A DNA stretch of 64,000 nt, taken from IMG/VR virus record IMGVR_UViG_3300033148_006032. The stretch is one strand, 5' to 3'. The stretch is from an uncultured virus (IMG/VR IMGVR_UViG_3300033148_006032) (taxonomy: Duplodnaviria > Heunggongvirae > Uroviricota > Caudoviricetes). Under the pieces are notes generated by a model. That model saw only the letters and a list, made by a program, of their open reading frames with translations, did not search any database and was not told where the DNA came from. This document shows, piece after piece, positions 1 to 9,558 of this stretch; within the stretch, counting starts at the first letter, position 1; every line of letters begins with the position of its first letter. Made by a program: the position numbers and the translations under genes.

Positions 1-103
1 ACTGTCTAGTTCATATTCAAGTTCACCTGATAATATTTTTTTTCTTATGCTATAATCAAAATAAAACATCTTTCCTGCTCCATCACTTACCAAACTGAAA
101 AAT

Positions 104-355
104 TTACACATAATTTTCATTCCTTTCTAATACTTTTATAATAGCTTCGCAACATTGTTTTGCTTTGGCGTGTCGTATTATATACGTCCCATTGTATGTC
201 AAATATGGCCCGTCATGCCATAACTGCTCAGGTTCCAATACAATGATAATAGCTTCAACATATTCCTCAAACAATTCATCCGCTTTTAGCTTTTCCTCAA
301 CCTGCCATACTGCGTTAAGGTCATTGCAGTAGTCAGGTAAAACACACCAAATCAT
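104..355 (-). CDS. hypothetical phage protein
   Basis: 83-aa ORF on the same strand as the neighbouring replication genes; no motif recognised. Confidence 0.5.
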   Translation of the reverse strand: MIWCVLPDYCNDLNAVWQVEEKLKADELFEEYVEAIIIVLEPEQLWHDGPYLTYNGTYIIRHAKAKQCCEAIIKVLERNENYV

Positions 356-510
356 TCTTCCACACTCGTTTTCCCCCTGTATAAAAGGCCTTCCATATTA
401 TCAACATCTAGTCCTATATATTCAACTATCTTTAGGTTTATGTCCATGTCCATGTCTGTCATTTTATTCCTCCCACTTCTATAAATTCCTACAAACTTCC
501 CATTCTCATT

Positions 511-543
511 TATATTATACAACGCCCTCTAATTTCATTTAGG
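511..543 (-). promoter_or_regulatory. putative phage middle promoter, CCTAAAT-N2-AATTAG-N6-TTGTATAATATA
   Basis: Same 33-bp motif with identical spacing at 55499-55531; both intergenic, upstream of - strand genes. Confidence 0.6.
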
Positions 544-549
544 TACTGA

Positions 550-1815
550 TTATTCTCGGGCATATGTTTTTCCAGTCAAAGCATCCCTTTCCTGATTATC
601 TTCCTTGGCTTGTTCCCTTCTAAATGCAGCAAACCGACCATCCCGGATATCAAACATTTTTATTTGGCATCTGTCTATCCACGATTGATTATTAATCCAA
701 TCTATGTAATATTTTATCAGACTGAGAGAACCTGGCAGAAGGCTTTGCAAAGATTTGGTCAATTTTTTCTTCTGCTCCTGTTCAATTTGGGTATATAAAT
801 TAAGCAATGTTTTCACCAGCATAGTTATATCGTCCGGACGATCTATATGGAGTAGGAGTTTTGCAGGTTTACAACAATTATTCAGGAATGATTTTCTTAG
901 AATTTCATCTGGGAATTGCTGCTCTATTAATTTTTTTATATTGTTTGTTGAATCTCCACTTCCTGTATTCATAGGAGTATATTCATTTTTATAGTTTCCT
1001 TCCAAAACCTTTATCATATTATTTTCATTCATTAACCAATCGAAATTACAACCTGACCAAGCTTTATTCTTACCAGAAAGAAACTGGGATGTTTCTGCTT
1101 CCTGAAATACTTGTTTCATTACCTGGAGTGGGTATTCTTTCAATCTGGCAGTAATTGTTTTTTTACGTTTATCTGTCAACTTAATTATCTTTGGAAGAGA
1201 TGGACAATATCTGTGATACATTTTGACTACCTTATCAATTTTAGATTTGGAAGATTTTTCTTTTTCTTTATTTGGAACAACCTTTTCTGGACCTAAGAGT
1301 TTTAATTCCTGTTTTGGATTTTCATTGTTTGAACTAGTATTATTATTTTTGTTTTTATTATCTTCTTTTATATCTTCTTTAGTAAGACTTTTTTTATAGG
1401 GTGTTATGATTTTTATAATAGAGGGATATAATTTTTTTAATATCCCTCTATTAATATTATTATATCCCTCTTCCGTAATCATTTTTTGAAAAATACTGGA
1501 ATATTCTGGGTTAATAAATATCTTTCTTACTTCCCTTCCATCTGGTAGTTTTAGGTATTCAACATTGATAAGTTCCCAGAATTTTAGATTGGAAATAGCA
1601 TTTGATATTGTTTGTCCTTTCAATCCAAGACATCCTCCCAGCCATTTATTACTAGCCCAGCACCCCTTCTCCGTCCATGATAAGTTTCTGATGAAACCAA
1701 ACAATATTTTTTCTGTGGATGATATCTCTGGATGAAATAAGACTTCTGCGGGCATTCCAATGTCTGGAAGTCCCCAAGGATTCTTTTCCGTTTCCGGTGG
1801 TTTGCTTCTTTCCAT
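550..1815 (-). CDS. phage replication initiator (N-terminal winged HTH; C-terminal replisome-organiser-like domain)
   Basis: N-terminal ISSTEKILFGFI...CWASNKWLG...TISNAISNL HTH; low-complexity linker; SQFLSGKN..W.CNFDWLMNENNMIKVLEGNY motif typical of Firmicutes phage initiators. Confidence 0.75.
   Translation of the reverse strand: MERSKPPETEKNPWGLPDIGMPAEVLFHPEISSTEKILFGFIRNLSWTEKGCWASNKWLGGCLGLKGQTISNAISNLKFWELINVEYLKLPDGREVRKIFINPEYSSIFQKMITEEGYNNINRGILKKLYPSIIKIITPYKKSLTKEDIKEDNKNKNNNTSSNNENPKQELKLLGPEKVVPNKEKEKSSKSKIDKVVKMYHRYCPSLPKIIKLTDKRKKTITARLKEYPLQVMKQVFQEAETSQFLSGKNKAWSGCNFDWLMNENNMIKVLEGNYKNEYTPMNTGSGDSTNNIKKLIEQQFPDEILRKSFLNNCCKPAKLLLHIDRPDDITMLVKTLLNLYTQIEQEQKKKLTKSLQSLLPGSLSLIKYYIDWINNQSWIDRCQIKMFDIRDGRFAAFRREQAKEDNQERDALTGKTYARE
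1394..1471. repeat. iteron-like repeats, candidate replication origin inside the initiator gene
   Basis: Perfect 14-bp inverted repeat TAATAGAGGGATAT (1416-1429 / 1440-1453) plus degenerate copies 22 bp further out on each side; AT-rich context. Confidence 0.55.
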
Positions 1816-1992
1816 TTATACTTCACCTTCTATATCAAGTTGAAACACTTTTTGTAATTTTTTGTAATTTTCAGGATTTGGATGCATTACTCCCTTTTCC
1901 CACCAGATATATGTGGATAGAGAAACTTCTATCTTTTTTGCTGCTGCTACCTGTGTCAGTCCTAGTTCTTTCCTTCTTTTCTTTAAATCCAT
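1816..1992 (-). CDS. XRE/Cro-like HTH protein, 58 aa (absent from ORF track)
   Basis: Hand translation MDLKKRRKELGLTQVAAAKKIEVSLSTYIWWEKGVMHP...; classic HTH_3 pattern; stop abuts the initiator start. Confidence 0.8.
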   Translation of the reverse strand: MDLKKRRKELGLTQVAAAKKIEVSLSTYIWWEKGVMHPNPENYKKLQKVFQLDIEGEV

Positions 1993-2029
1993 TTTTATTT
2001 TCTCCCTTTTTTATACAATAGTAATTACT

Positions 2030-2058
2030 ATTATATAATAAATTTATAGAAAAGTAAA
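2030..2058 (-). promoter_or_regulatory. sigmaA-type promoter (TTTACT-17-TATAAT)
   Basis: Near-consensus hexamers with 17-bp spacer upstream of the HTH and initiator genes. Confidence 0.55.
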
Positions 2059-2067
2059 GTATAATTT

Positions 2068-2979
2068 TTACTTTTCTAATTGTTTTACGAAATAATCAGC
2101 ATCTTCCTGTTTCATACTTCCAGGGTCATTTGGTACCTTCTCAATATATACTTTTTTGCCTAATGTTTTTAGTTTGGTCGCTAGTTTTTTGGCCTGTTTT
2201 TGTGCATGTGATTCATTGTCAAAAACGATAAAAAACCTATCATTATGTTTGGCAAGCTGCAAAACCTGCTCCATCTTGAATGCAGTTCCAAAGGTAGCTG
2301 CTGCTACGTTTCCAAACCTCCAGACATCTGCGGGTCCCTCAACTACAATAATACCTTGTGAACGTTGCCAATATTCTTGTTTGCCATATAGAATAGTTTT
2401 ATGGTGTATTTCTTCCCGCTTCATTGGGCAGACCAGGTATTTTCTTTCACTCTTTCCTGTTATATCACGGGCAATAAAACTAACGATTTTACCGTCCCAG
2501 TAAATGGGTATTAAAATTCGGTGTGGGTATGATATTCCGTCCAAGAAACTGATTGGTGCCGTCTGTAAAATACTCCATTCTTGTTCCAGTAATTTCGGAT
2601 CAAATCCTCTTTTTTTTAAGTATGCCTTACCCTGCCTGTTTAGAGGTAAATTGGGCGTTGGGAATTTGAAGGGGTATATAGACACTTTTGGCTCAACTGT
2701 CCGGTTTTTCTTATGGATTGAGGCTCCCTGGCATTCTTTCAGTATTTGTTTTACTTCCGGGTAGGGAAGATTCAGGATTTTCATTAGTGCTTCCATTATT
2801 GAATGCACACCGCATCTCCAGCAATTACAGGCTTTGAAATCTTCACTGATGCCTAAATGAAAATCTTGTGACCCTGCACAAAATGGACAATGGACATTAA
2901 TCCATCCTTGCGAAGCGTGTTTATGACCTTCCGTTATGTATGGAACATTATGCTCAATTAATATACGTATGCCATTCAT
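2068..2979 (-). CDS. DNA primase (Zn finger + TOPRIM)
   Basis: CPFC...HLG...CNCWRC zinc-binding domain; VVEGPAD and VFDND-like TOPRIM motifs. Confidence 0.85.
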   Translation of the reverse strand: MNGIRILIEHNVPYITEGHKHASQGWINVHCPFCAGSQDFHLGISEDFKACNCWRCGVHSIMEALMKILNLPYPEVKQILKECQGASIHKKNRTVEPKVSIYPFKFPTPNLPLNRQGKAYLKKRGFDPKLLEQEWSILQTAPISFLDGISYPHRILIPIYWDGKIVSFIARDITGKSERKYLVCPMKREEIHHKTILYGKQEYWQRSQGIIVVEGPADVWRFGNVAAATFGTAFKMEQVLQLAKHNDRFFIVFDNESHAQKQAKKLATKLKTLGKKVYIEKVPNDPGSMKQEDADYFVKQLEK

Positions 2980-2980
2980 T

Positions 2981-3523
2981 TTAATACGTCTCTGAGAAGA
3001 TCTGATTTAATTCTGTAAATGTACTCCATATCGTGCTCCAGCTCCATTTTCGTTTTCTCAATTCTTGGTATAGTATTCCCCGGCATTTTTTGGGTGTGTC
3101 TACTGGGAGGTAAAGGTTCCTTTCTTTCAATATTATATTACATAGCGCCCTCGCCTCCGGGGATAAAACTGAAAGTATTTCTTTTTCATGTTCCTGGGCT
3201 AATAGGTATTGCTCGGGTAATCCATCTACGGATTTTGCGCAGTCTTGTATGTTTTCAATTGCTATTTCGTGTAGGTTTTCTTGATTTTTGACTTGTAATA
3301 AAGAGTTTAATCTGCGACATATAACATTATACATATACGTACTTTTTTTGCCTTTTTTGCTGTCATATCCATTTTCTGTTTCCAGATATGTGATACAGCC
3401 AATCTGAAAAAGGTCGTCAAAGTCAAGTCCGGTGGTTTTGACATAAGACCACGCAATGTCCCGTATTAGATTAATATCTTCTTCTAATGTTCCTTGTACT
3501 TTTTTGCTTTTATCCATTTCCAT
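2981..3523 (-). CDS. sigma-70-like RNA polymerase sigma factor
   Basis: Region-2-like DFDDLFQIGCITYLE...YDSKKGKKSTYMYNVI. Confidence 0.7.
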   Translation of the reverse strand: MEMDKSKKVQGTLEEDINLIRDIAWSYVKTTGLDFDDLFQIGCITYLETENGYDSKKGKKSTYMYNVICRRLNSLLQVKNQENLHEIAIENIQDCAKSVDGLPEQYLLAQEHEKEILSVLSPEARALCNIILKERNLYLPVDTPKKCRGILYQELRKRKWSWSTIWSTFTELNQIFSETY

Positions 3524-3559
3524 TGTTTTATACTCCTTTGAATATTAGTTTTTTTGTAT

Positions 3560-5197
3560 TTAATAATCTTCATACTCCTTCATTAATTCACTTAATAATC
3601 GAGTTTTTTCAACTTTCTCTCCGTCAAGTATTGCTGTGAGTACTTTTCTTTTCTTATCCAACAATGAGGCAATCTTTGTTTCGATTGTGTTTTGGGCGAG
3701 TAAAAAATAGATAGTTACTGCATTTTTCTGCCCAATTCTGTGGCATCTGTCCTCTGCTTGGACGAGTTCCCCTGGACTCCAAGGTAGTTCAAGGAACACC
3801 ACGGAAGATGCTGCTGTTAGAGTTAGTCCAGTCCCGGCAGCTTGGATATTGCCAATAAATAATTTTATTTTTGGATTATTTTGGAAAGCATTTTTGTTTT
3901 CCTCCCGTTTTATAGAGGAGACGGAACCATCGTATCTCACCGCACAATCTTTGAATTTATCTATTATTGTATCAATTACATTTTTATGAACGGTAAATAG
4001 CACAAGTTTACCTGCTCCACTATTCAAGAATTCTTGAATCCATTGAATTGTTTGTTTCATTTTTCCTTTTACGGCTAATTGTTTCAGTGCTTCTATCTTT
4101 ACTAGGTGTTCCGCCGCTTGTGCTTTATTTGCGGCAATGGTTCCTTTTTGGTGTCTTAAATATCTAATGAAATTTGCTTCCGCCGCGTTATACTCTTCTG
4201 CATTGGTTATTTCCATAGGTACGTAAGAATATGTTTTGTCTGGAAGGTCTTTTAGAACATCCACTTTTTTCCTTCGTATCATTACTTCCTGCAATTTTTG
4301 GTAGAGTTGTTTTTGATTGGATGCACCTGAATAATCCCATCCAAATCCATTGTGTTTGGCATCGCAGTAGGTTCTTACATAGGTCATGAAATTTGGAAAA
4401 ATATTCCGATCAATCAATTGAATTATATAGAATCCTTCTATTGGTCGGTTTGTAATAGGTGTCCCTGTAAGTGCAAGGACATATGGGCATTTTTTTGCTA
4501 ATTTCCGGGTTCCCTTTGTACGGAATGATGTAGTGGATTTGCAGTAATGAGCTTCATCTATGATCAAAATACTAGGTTTGAGATCAATGAGATAGTCCAC
4601 CCATCCTGTCCTTTTAATTTCTCTGAATCGTTTCCTTCCTGCACTATCCCTGTATTCTTCATATGTGTTTGCTAAAATATCATAGTTGATAATAAGGATA
4701 TCTCCCGTGATACAAGAGGAAGGTTTCTTACCATACAGTACTTGTACATTCTGCTTTCCGGGCAGGGTGACTTCAATTTCCTTCGCCCAATTTAATTTCA
4801 GATGTGCTGGGCAAACAATAATTACTGGTTTTCGTTTTGGATGTAAATGAAGCCACCCAAGAGCCTGTATTGTTTTCCCCAGTCCCATTTCATCTCCGAT
4901 GAGTGCTCGCCCGTTTCTTTTCTCTATAAAAGCCACCCCCTCTTTCTGGAATGGAAACAAAGTTTTTTTCAATTTTCCGATTTGGTCAATTTCTTCTACT
5001 GATTGCTGTAAGTATTTTGTTAGGCATTGGATGGCGTCAAGAGATAGAGGACATGTGCAATATTTTTTGCCTGCGGCATTCTGATGAAATTTCCTTCCCG
5101 GGATACTCTTAATTGTACTGAGAAATGCCGGGTTAAAATCAAATTGGATTTCATTTATACCTCTATCTATAATTTTAAGTGGTTTTATTCTTTCCAT
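3560..5197 (-). CDS. SNF2-family (SMARCAL1-like) helicase
   Basis: GDEMGLGKT, DEAH, ALTGTP and QAEDRCHRIGQ motifs. Confidence 0.9.
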   Translation of the reverse strand: MERIKPLKIIDRGINEIQFDFNPAFLSTIKSIPGRKFHQNAAGKKYCTCPLSLDAIQCLTKYLQQSVEEIDQIGKLKKTLFPFQKEGVAFIEKRNGRALIGDEMGLGKTIQALGWLHLHPKRKPVIIVCPAHLKLNWAKEIEVTLPGKQNVQVLYGKKPSSCITGDILIINYDILANTYEEYRDSAGRKRFREIKRTGWVDYLIDLKPSILIIDEAHYCKSTTSFRTKGTRKLAKKCPYVLALTGTPITNRPIEGFYIIQLIDRNIFPNFMTYVRTYCDAKHNGFGWDYSGASNQKQLYQKLQEVMIRRKKVDVLKDLPDKTYSYVPMEITNAEEYNAAEANFIRYLRHQKGTIAANKAQAAEHLVKIEALKQLAVKGKMKQTIQWIQEFLNSGAGKLVLFTVHKNVIDTIIDKFKDCAVRYDGSVSSIKREENKNAFQNNPKIKLFIGNIQAAGTGLTLTAASSVVFLELPWSPGELVQAEDRCHRIGQKNAVTIYFLLAQNTIETKIASLLDKKRKVLTAILDGEKVEKTRLLSELMKEYEDY

Positions 5198-5244
5198 TAT
5201 TTAATCCTCCATGCCCTCATTATCGCAAATACATTCTAATCTTT

Positions 5245-5361
5245 CAAATTCAATCACCCATACCGGGAAACTTCCACGCTGCCCTTTTTTGCAGAATGCG
5301 TAACATCCTCCTCTTTTATTATCACCACCAAATTCAATCACTCATACTGGGAAACTTCCAC
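5245..5361. repeat. 33-bp imperfect direct repeat, 84-bp period
   Basis: CAAATTCAATCAC(C/T)CATAC(C/T)GGGAAACTTCCAC at 5245-5277 and 5329-5361. Confidence 0.8.
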
Positions 5362-5653
5362 CTCCTTCATTATTACCATCACAGTTTTCTGGTTCCCGTA
5401 TATATACATACCATCGGACAGCCCGCCGAGTAATATCTCCAATAATTGGTTTCCTTAATAAATTTCCGTTACAGGATTTAGGTAGGAATTTCCAATCATT
5501 TTCTGCAATACACTTAGCGATGGTCTGCTCTTTGGTGTATTTTTTAGCGTGGGTAACAAACTTAACATCTTGGCATCCATCACTAAAATTCATATAGTCA
5601 AATATACTCATTTTTTTCATATACTTTCCCCCATCTAAATTTTTTCTTGACAC
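5342..5653 (-). CDS. hypothetical protein, possibly truncated by a TGG>TGA change inside the duplicated segment
   Basis: Ends GSFPV*; the in-frame duplicate 84 nt downstream reads GSFPVWVIEF. Confidence 0.5.
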   Translation of the reverse strand: MSRKNLDGGKYMKKMSIFDYMNFSDGCQDVKFVTHAKKYTKEQTIAKCIAENDWKFLPKSCNGNLLRKPIIGDITRRAVRWYVYIREPENCDGNNEGGGSFPV

Positions 5654-5928
5654 CCTCCACCTGTATTATTCTTCCCATGGTTCTTTCCATGTTTCTTCTT
5701 GTTTTGAATATTTCACTGTATCAATATTGAATTTACGTGTTACTTCTCCGTTTTCAAGAACAACATCGTAAAACCACTTATCTCCTTCTCCAGCCGGACG
5801 ATGTTCTAGTATTTCCTATTGCTATATTCACGGTCTTTGCAATAATATTGAAGATTTTTTCTGTGTTATCCATTTTTTCTTTGATTATTTTCATTCCTAT
5901 TTACCTCCTTTAAATAAGATATGTTTTT

Positions 5929-6240
5929 TCAAAGTATTTTTTCTATCTCTTTGAATTTTTCAAACAGAGCATGAAACCTTTTGAAATCAACATCACCATT
6001 GACATAAAAAGCATTATCATCCTTCATAGTATAACCGTTGTCGTTTATTGCTATTTTTGCAATATGATAATCTAATCCCATTTCCTGACTCGTTCTTTCG
6101 TATGTGATTTTTTCCTTTTTTGGGAAGTTAGTTTTGAAAATATATCCTTCTCCCGGACCTAATACGTTATTCCTTTTATCTGTAATAATTTCGCTTTTTT
6201 CCAAATATGATAAATCTGATAAACCAATGTTACTATACAT
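5929..6240 (-). CDS. hypothetical protein
   Basis: 103-aa ORF with GGAGG RBS. Confidence 0.6.
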   Translation of the reverse strand: MYSNIGLSDLSYLEKSEIITDKRNNVLGPGEGYIFKTNFPKKEKITYERTSQEMGLDYHIAKIAINDNGYTMKDDNAFYVNGDVDFKRFHALFEKFKEIEKIL

Positions 6241-6308
6241 AGTAATACCTCCATTTAAATATTATTTAAATCCTTTCTGTTCTGTTTTCCCTCCTAAATA
6301 AATAAATA

Positions 6309-6337
6309 TTGTATTTTCCAGTAAAGTATTATATAAT
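6309..6337 (+). promoter_or_regulatory. promoter of the packaging operon (TTGTAT-17-TATAAT)
   Basis: Nearly identical to 25561-25589, including the GTAAAGT spacer motif. Confidence 0.6.
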
Positions 6338-6460
6338 TATTAATAATACCTATAAACGTAAGGTAAATGTTAAGTACATGTTAAGTATATAACAGATGCA
6401 GAAGAATTACAACACTTTTTTAAAAAATTTTTAAAAATATATTTGAGGAGTTCAGATTTA

Positions 6461-7159
6461 ATGATAAGGACAAAACAAGGTAGTAAAAAAGAACAGAATG
6501 AAGAACAAAAAGAATTTATGGAATATTTAAAAGTTCTTAATTTTACTATTGATAATGATTTTGACAGTTCAGAATCAGTAGAGGAAGGTTTGGTAAAAAG
6601 GATAAAACCTAAGCAAAGAAAATATTTTATCCTTGATAAGAGTATTGTAAATTTAAATAATATATTGGATAGCACATTGCCAACAGATGATGTCATAAAA
6701 TTGATTAGCTTCACTGGTGGATTTGCATCAATAAGTTTTATCGGCTATGTGGTGGAAAAGGAAAATATTCTTGAACTTACGGCATCAACCCTGCGAATAG
6801 GGGAAAAGCAGTTTAATTATTTAGCAGAATTACAAGAGGCAGGAAAACTTTTTAAGGCTACATATTTTATTAGTCCATTTATGCGACAAGATCAGAAATT
6901 ACAAGATAAATATAATTATTATAAGCATTTTAATGAGGTCTGTTTGCGGTATAATTGGGAAAAGGTAGTTGTGAATAATCATTCTAAAATAATATTAATG
7001 AGAACGGAAAATAATTATTATGTATTGGAAACATCTTCCAATTTAAATGAAAATCCTAAAATAGAACATTACAGTTTTGAAAATGATAAGGAACTATACG
7101 ATTTTTATTATGATTTTTTTCAACAATTAAAAGAAAGAAGGGTGCAGGAAAATGGTTAA
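6461..7159 (+). CDS. phospholipase D-superfamily-like protein (possible nuclease)
   Basis: Single HxK motif (NNHSKIILM) followed by ETSSNLN; RBS GAGGAG. Confidence 0.55.
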   Translation: MIRTKQGSKKEQNEEQKEFMEYLKVLNFTIDNDFDSSESVEEGLVKRIKPKQRKYFILDKSIVNLNNILDSTLPTDDVIKLISFTGGFASISFIGYVVEKENILELTASTLRIGEKQFNYLAELQEAGKLFKATYFISPFMRQDQKLQDKYNYYKHFNEVCLRYNWEKVVVNNHSKIILMRTENNYYVLETSSNLNENPKIEHYSFENDKELYDFYYDFFQQLKERRVQENG

Positions 7160-7766
7160 AGGGAAGTTGACAGAAAAACAGAAAAGATTTGGGGATGAAT
7201 ATTTAATAGAGCCTAACGTAACACATGCAGTCAAAGCCGCGGGATATAAGGTTAAGAATGACAATAGCGCAGCAGCACAAGGCTCCAGATTATTAAGAAA
7301 TGTTAATGTGGCTGAATATATCCGAAAGAAACAGATAGCAAGAGAAAAAAGAACGGAAATAACCCAGGATAAAGTTTTAAAAGAATTGGCAGGAATGGCT
7401 TTTGATGACATAAAAAACTACTTATCATTTTGGACAGAAAAAATAAATATTGGTGAAACGAAAATGGGGGTACCAATAGTAGCACATAAACCAATGGTGG
7501 AGATAAAAGATAGTGATAAAATGGACACCAGAAATATATCTGAGGTTCAACTGGGGAAGGATGGGCAATTTAAATTCAAATTATACAGCAAGAAGGATGC
7601 GCTGGAACTCCTCGGGAAACATCTGGGTATGTTTTCTGACACCATTAAGCATGTTGGTGATGGCGGTGGTCCGATTGCACATAAATTTGATTTTTCGGAC
7701 GGGGCTGTTAAGGAGGCGTACAACAAATTATATGGAATAAAGGAAAGCAGCATAGAAAAAGAATAG
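7152..7766 (+). CDS. terS: terminase small subunit
   Basis: LTEKQKRFGDEYL...AAGY...QGSRLL N-terminus and KDALELLGKHLGMF C-terminus. Confidence 0.9.
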   Translation: MVKGKLTEKQKRFGDEYLIEPNVTHAVKAAGYKVKNDNSAAAQGSRLLRNVNVAEYIRKKQIAREKRTEITQDKVLKELAGMAFDDIKNYLSFWTEKINIGETKMGVPIVAHKPMVEIKDSDKMDTRNISEVQLGKDGQFKFKLYSKKDALELLGKHLGMFSDTIKHVGDGGGPIAHKFDFSDGAVKEAYNKLYGIKESSIEKE

Positions 7767-7785
7767 CTTGAAAGGGGTGTTATGA

Positions 7786-7893
7786 ATGATTGCAAAATGT
7801 CCAGGTGGAAAGATTCGTTCAGGGGGTAAAGGACAAGGATTAGGCCGTGGTGGTGGTAAAGGACCAATAGGAAAGCCGCGTATTGTAATGTAA
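7786..7893 (+). CDS. 35-aa Gly/Lys-rich peptide (absent from ORF track)
   Basis: MIAKCPGGKIRSGGKGQGLGRGGGKGPIGKPRIVM with RBS AAAGGGGTG just upstream. Confidence 0.5.
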   Translation: MIAKCPGGKIRSGGKGQGLGRGGGKGPIGKPRIVM

Positions 7894-8042
7894 TATAGAA
7901 AGAACAACATAATTAATCATAATCTTCATTTTATATTTATGATTAATTATTAATTATGTTGTTAATAAGGAGAAATGATAAAAATATTAAAAAGTAAATA
8001 TAAATTTTACTCGGAATCATATGAAAAGGAAGTGGGGAGGAA

Positions 8043-8651
8043 ATGAAAGTAGCTGTATTATGTGAGTTTTCTGGAATTGTAAGAGATGCATTTATAAGGA
8101 ATGGGCATCAGGCTATATCCTGTGATTTGCTTGACACTGAGATATTAGGTCCTCATATTCAAGGTGATTTGAGGGATTACGATTGGTCTGGATATGATTT
8201 AATAATAGCACATCCATCATGTACGCATTTAGCTGTATCCGGGGCAAGATGGTTTAAGAATAAGCAAAAAGAACAGGCAGATGCTCTGGAATTCGTCAAA
8301 TATATTATGGCAATACCGGTGTATAGAATTGCCATAGAAAATCCCGTATCAGTGATATCAACTCGTATAAGAAAGCCTGATCAGATAATTCAGCCGTATG
8401 AGTATGGGCATCCAGAGACAAAGAAAACATGTTTATGGCTCAAAAATCTTTCTTATCTTGAACCAACAAATATAGTAGTTCCGGAATATATCATAGGAAA
8501 AGATGGTAAGAGATATTCTCCGGTACATTATTGTAGTCAAGGGAAGGGCAGTGAAGAACGTTGGAAAGTAAGAAGTAGGACATATCAAGGTATAGCTGAT
8601 GCTATGGCTGCGCAATGGGGGAAATTAATTAACAAGGAGAAAAATTTGTAG
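8043..8651 (+). CDS. phage cytosine-methyltransferase-like protein
   Basis: MKVAVLCEFSG SAM-binding start, AHPSCT (PC-like) and IENP motifs. Confidence 0.7.
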   Translation: MKVAVLCEFSGIVRDAFIRNGHQAISCDLLDTEILGPHIQGDLRDYDWSGYDLIIAHPSCTHLAVSGARWFKNKQKEQADALEFVKYIMAIPVYRIAIENPVSVISTRIRKPDQIIQPYEYGHPETKKTCLWLKNLSYLEPTNIVVPEYIIGKDGKRYSPVHYCSQGKGSEERWKVRSRTYQGIADAMAAQWGKLINKEKNL

Positions 8652-8667
8652 AAGAGGAAAAAGATCA

Positions 8668-9183
8668 ATGTTAAAACTTGCATATCCGTATAAAGAGCAA
8701 TTACAGGAAAAATATAACCAAGTCATCTATGATGAAAAATACAAGTTCTATAATATTTCCTCCTACTGGACATATGAATTTATAATGGATAAGAATGGCT
8801 GGGACCGATTAGATTTTGTGAGTGTAGATGCAGATGGTTTCATAATTGGTTATTTAGGAGCTGCTCTTGCAAGACCAATGAATTTTGTTGATGGTTTATC
8901 CATTTTGAATTTTGGGGAAAAGGGTAATTACTGCTTTGCGAAAGATTTACATACATTTTTAATTGATTTGTTTTTGAAATTCAATTTTTATAAGATATCC
9001 TTTAGTATTGTGGTTGGAAATTCAATAGAAAAAATGTATGATAAATATGTTTTGAAACATGGTGGGCGGATTATTGGGCACAATAAAAAACATGCAATGT
9101 TGTATGATGGACAATTATATGATGTGAAATATTATGAACTCTTCAAGGATGATTTTCAGAAACATAGGAATTGTAGGAGTTGA
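8668..9183 (+). CDS. GNAT/RimJ-like acetyltransferase
   Basis: FNFYKISF...GNSIEKMYDK...GGRIIG...YDGQLYDVKYYE RimJ-like pattern. Confidence 0.6.
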   Translation: MLKLAYPYKEQLQEKYNQVIYDEKYKFYNISSYWTYEFIMDKNGWDRLDFVSVDADGFIIGYLGAALARPMNFVDGLSILNFGEKGNYCFAKDLHTFLIDLFLKFNFYKISFSIVVGNSIEKMYDKYVLKHGGRIIGHNKKHAMLYDGQLYDVKYYELFKDDFQKHRNCRS

Positions 9184-9554
9184 AGGAGTGTACTCAGATG
9201 AATCGGATTGAAAAGCGTAAAAAAGTCTATAATAAATGTAATGGGCATTGTGCATATTGTGGAAAAAGTATTGAGTATAAGGATATGCAGCTTGACCACA
9301 TAAGACCGAAATGTCAAGGTGGTACAGATGACATAAATAACCTTAATCCTACCTGCCGGAGATGTGACCACTATAAAAGGTCAATGTGTTTATCAACTTT
9401 TAGAGCTATGCTGAAGACATTACATTTACGCATTAGAAATAATTATATATGCAAGGTGGGTGAGGATTTCGGAATTATAAAAGTGAAACCTTGGGATGGT
9501 GTGTTTTATTTTGAAAAGCACAAAGAAAGGGTGGATAAACCCGTTGGGATGTAA
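9180..9554 (+). CDS. HNH endonuclease
   Basis: CAYCG...DHIRPK..GG.DD.NNL.P.CRRC. Confidence 0.9.
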   Translation: MKECTQMNRIEKRKKVYNKCNGHCAYCGKSIEYKDMQLDHIRPKCQGGTDDINNLNPTCRRCDHYKRSMCLSTFRAMLKTLHLRIRNNYICKVGEDFGIIKVKPWDGVFYFEKHKERVDKPVGM

Positions 9555-9558
9555 GACA

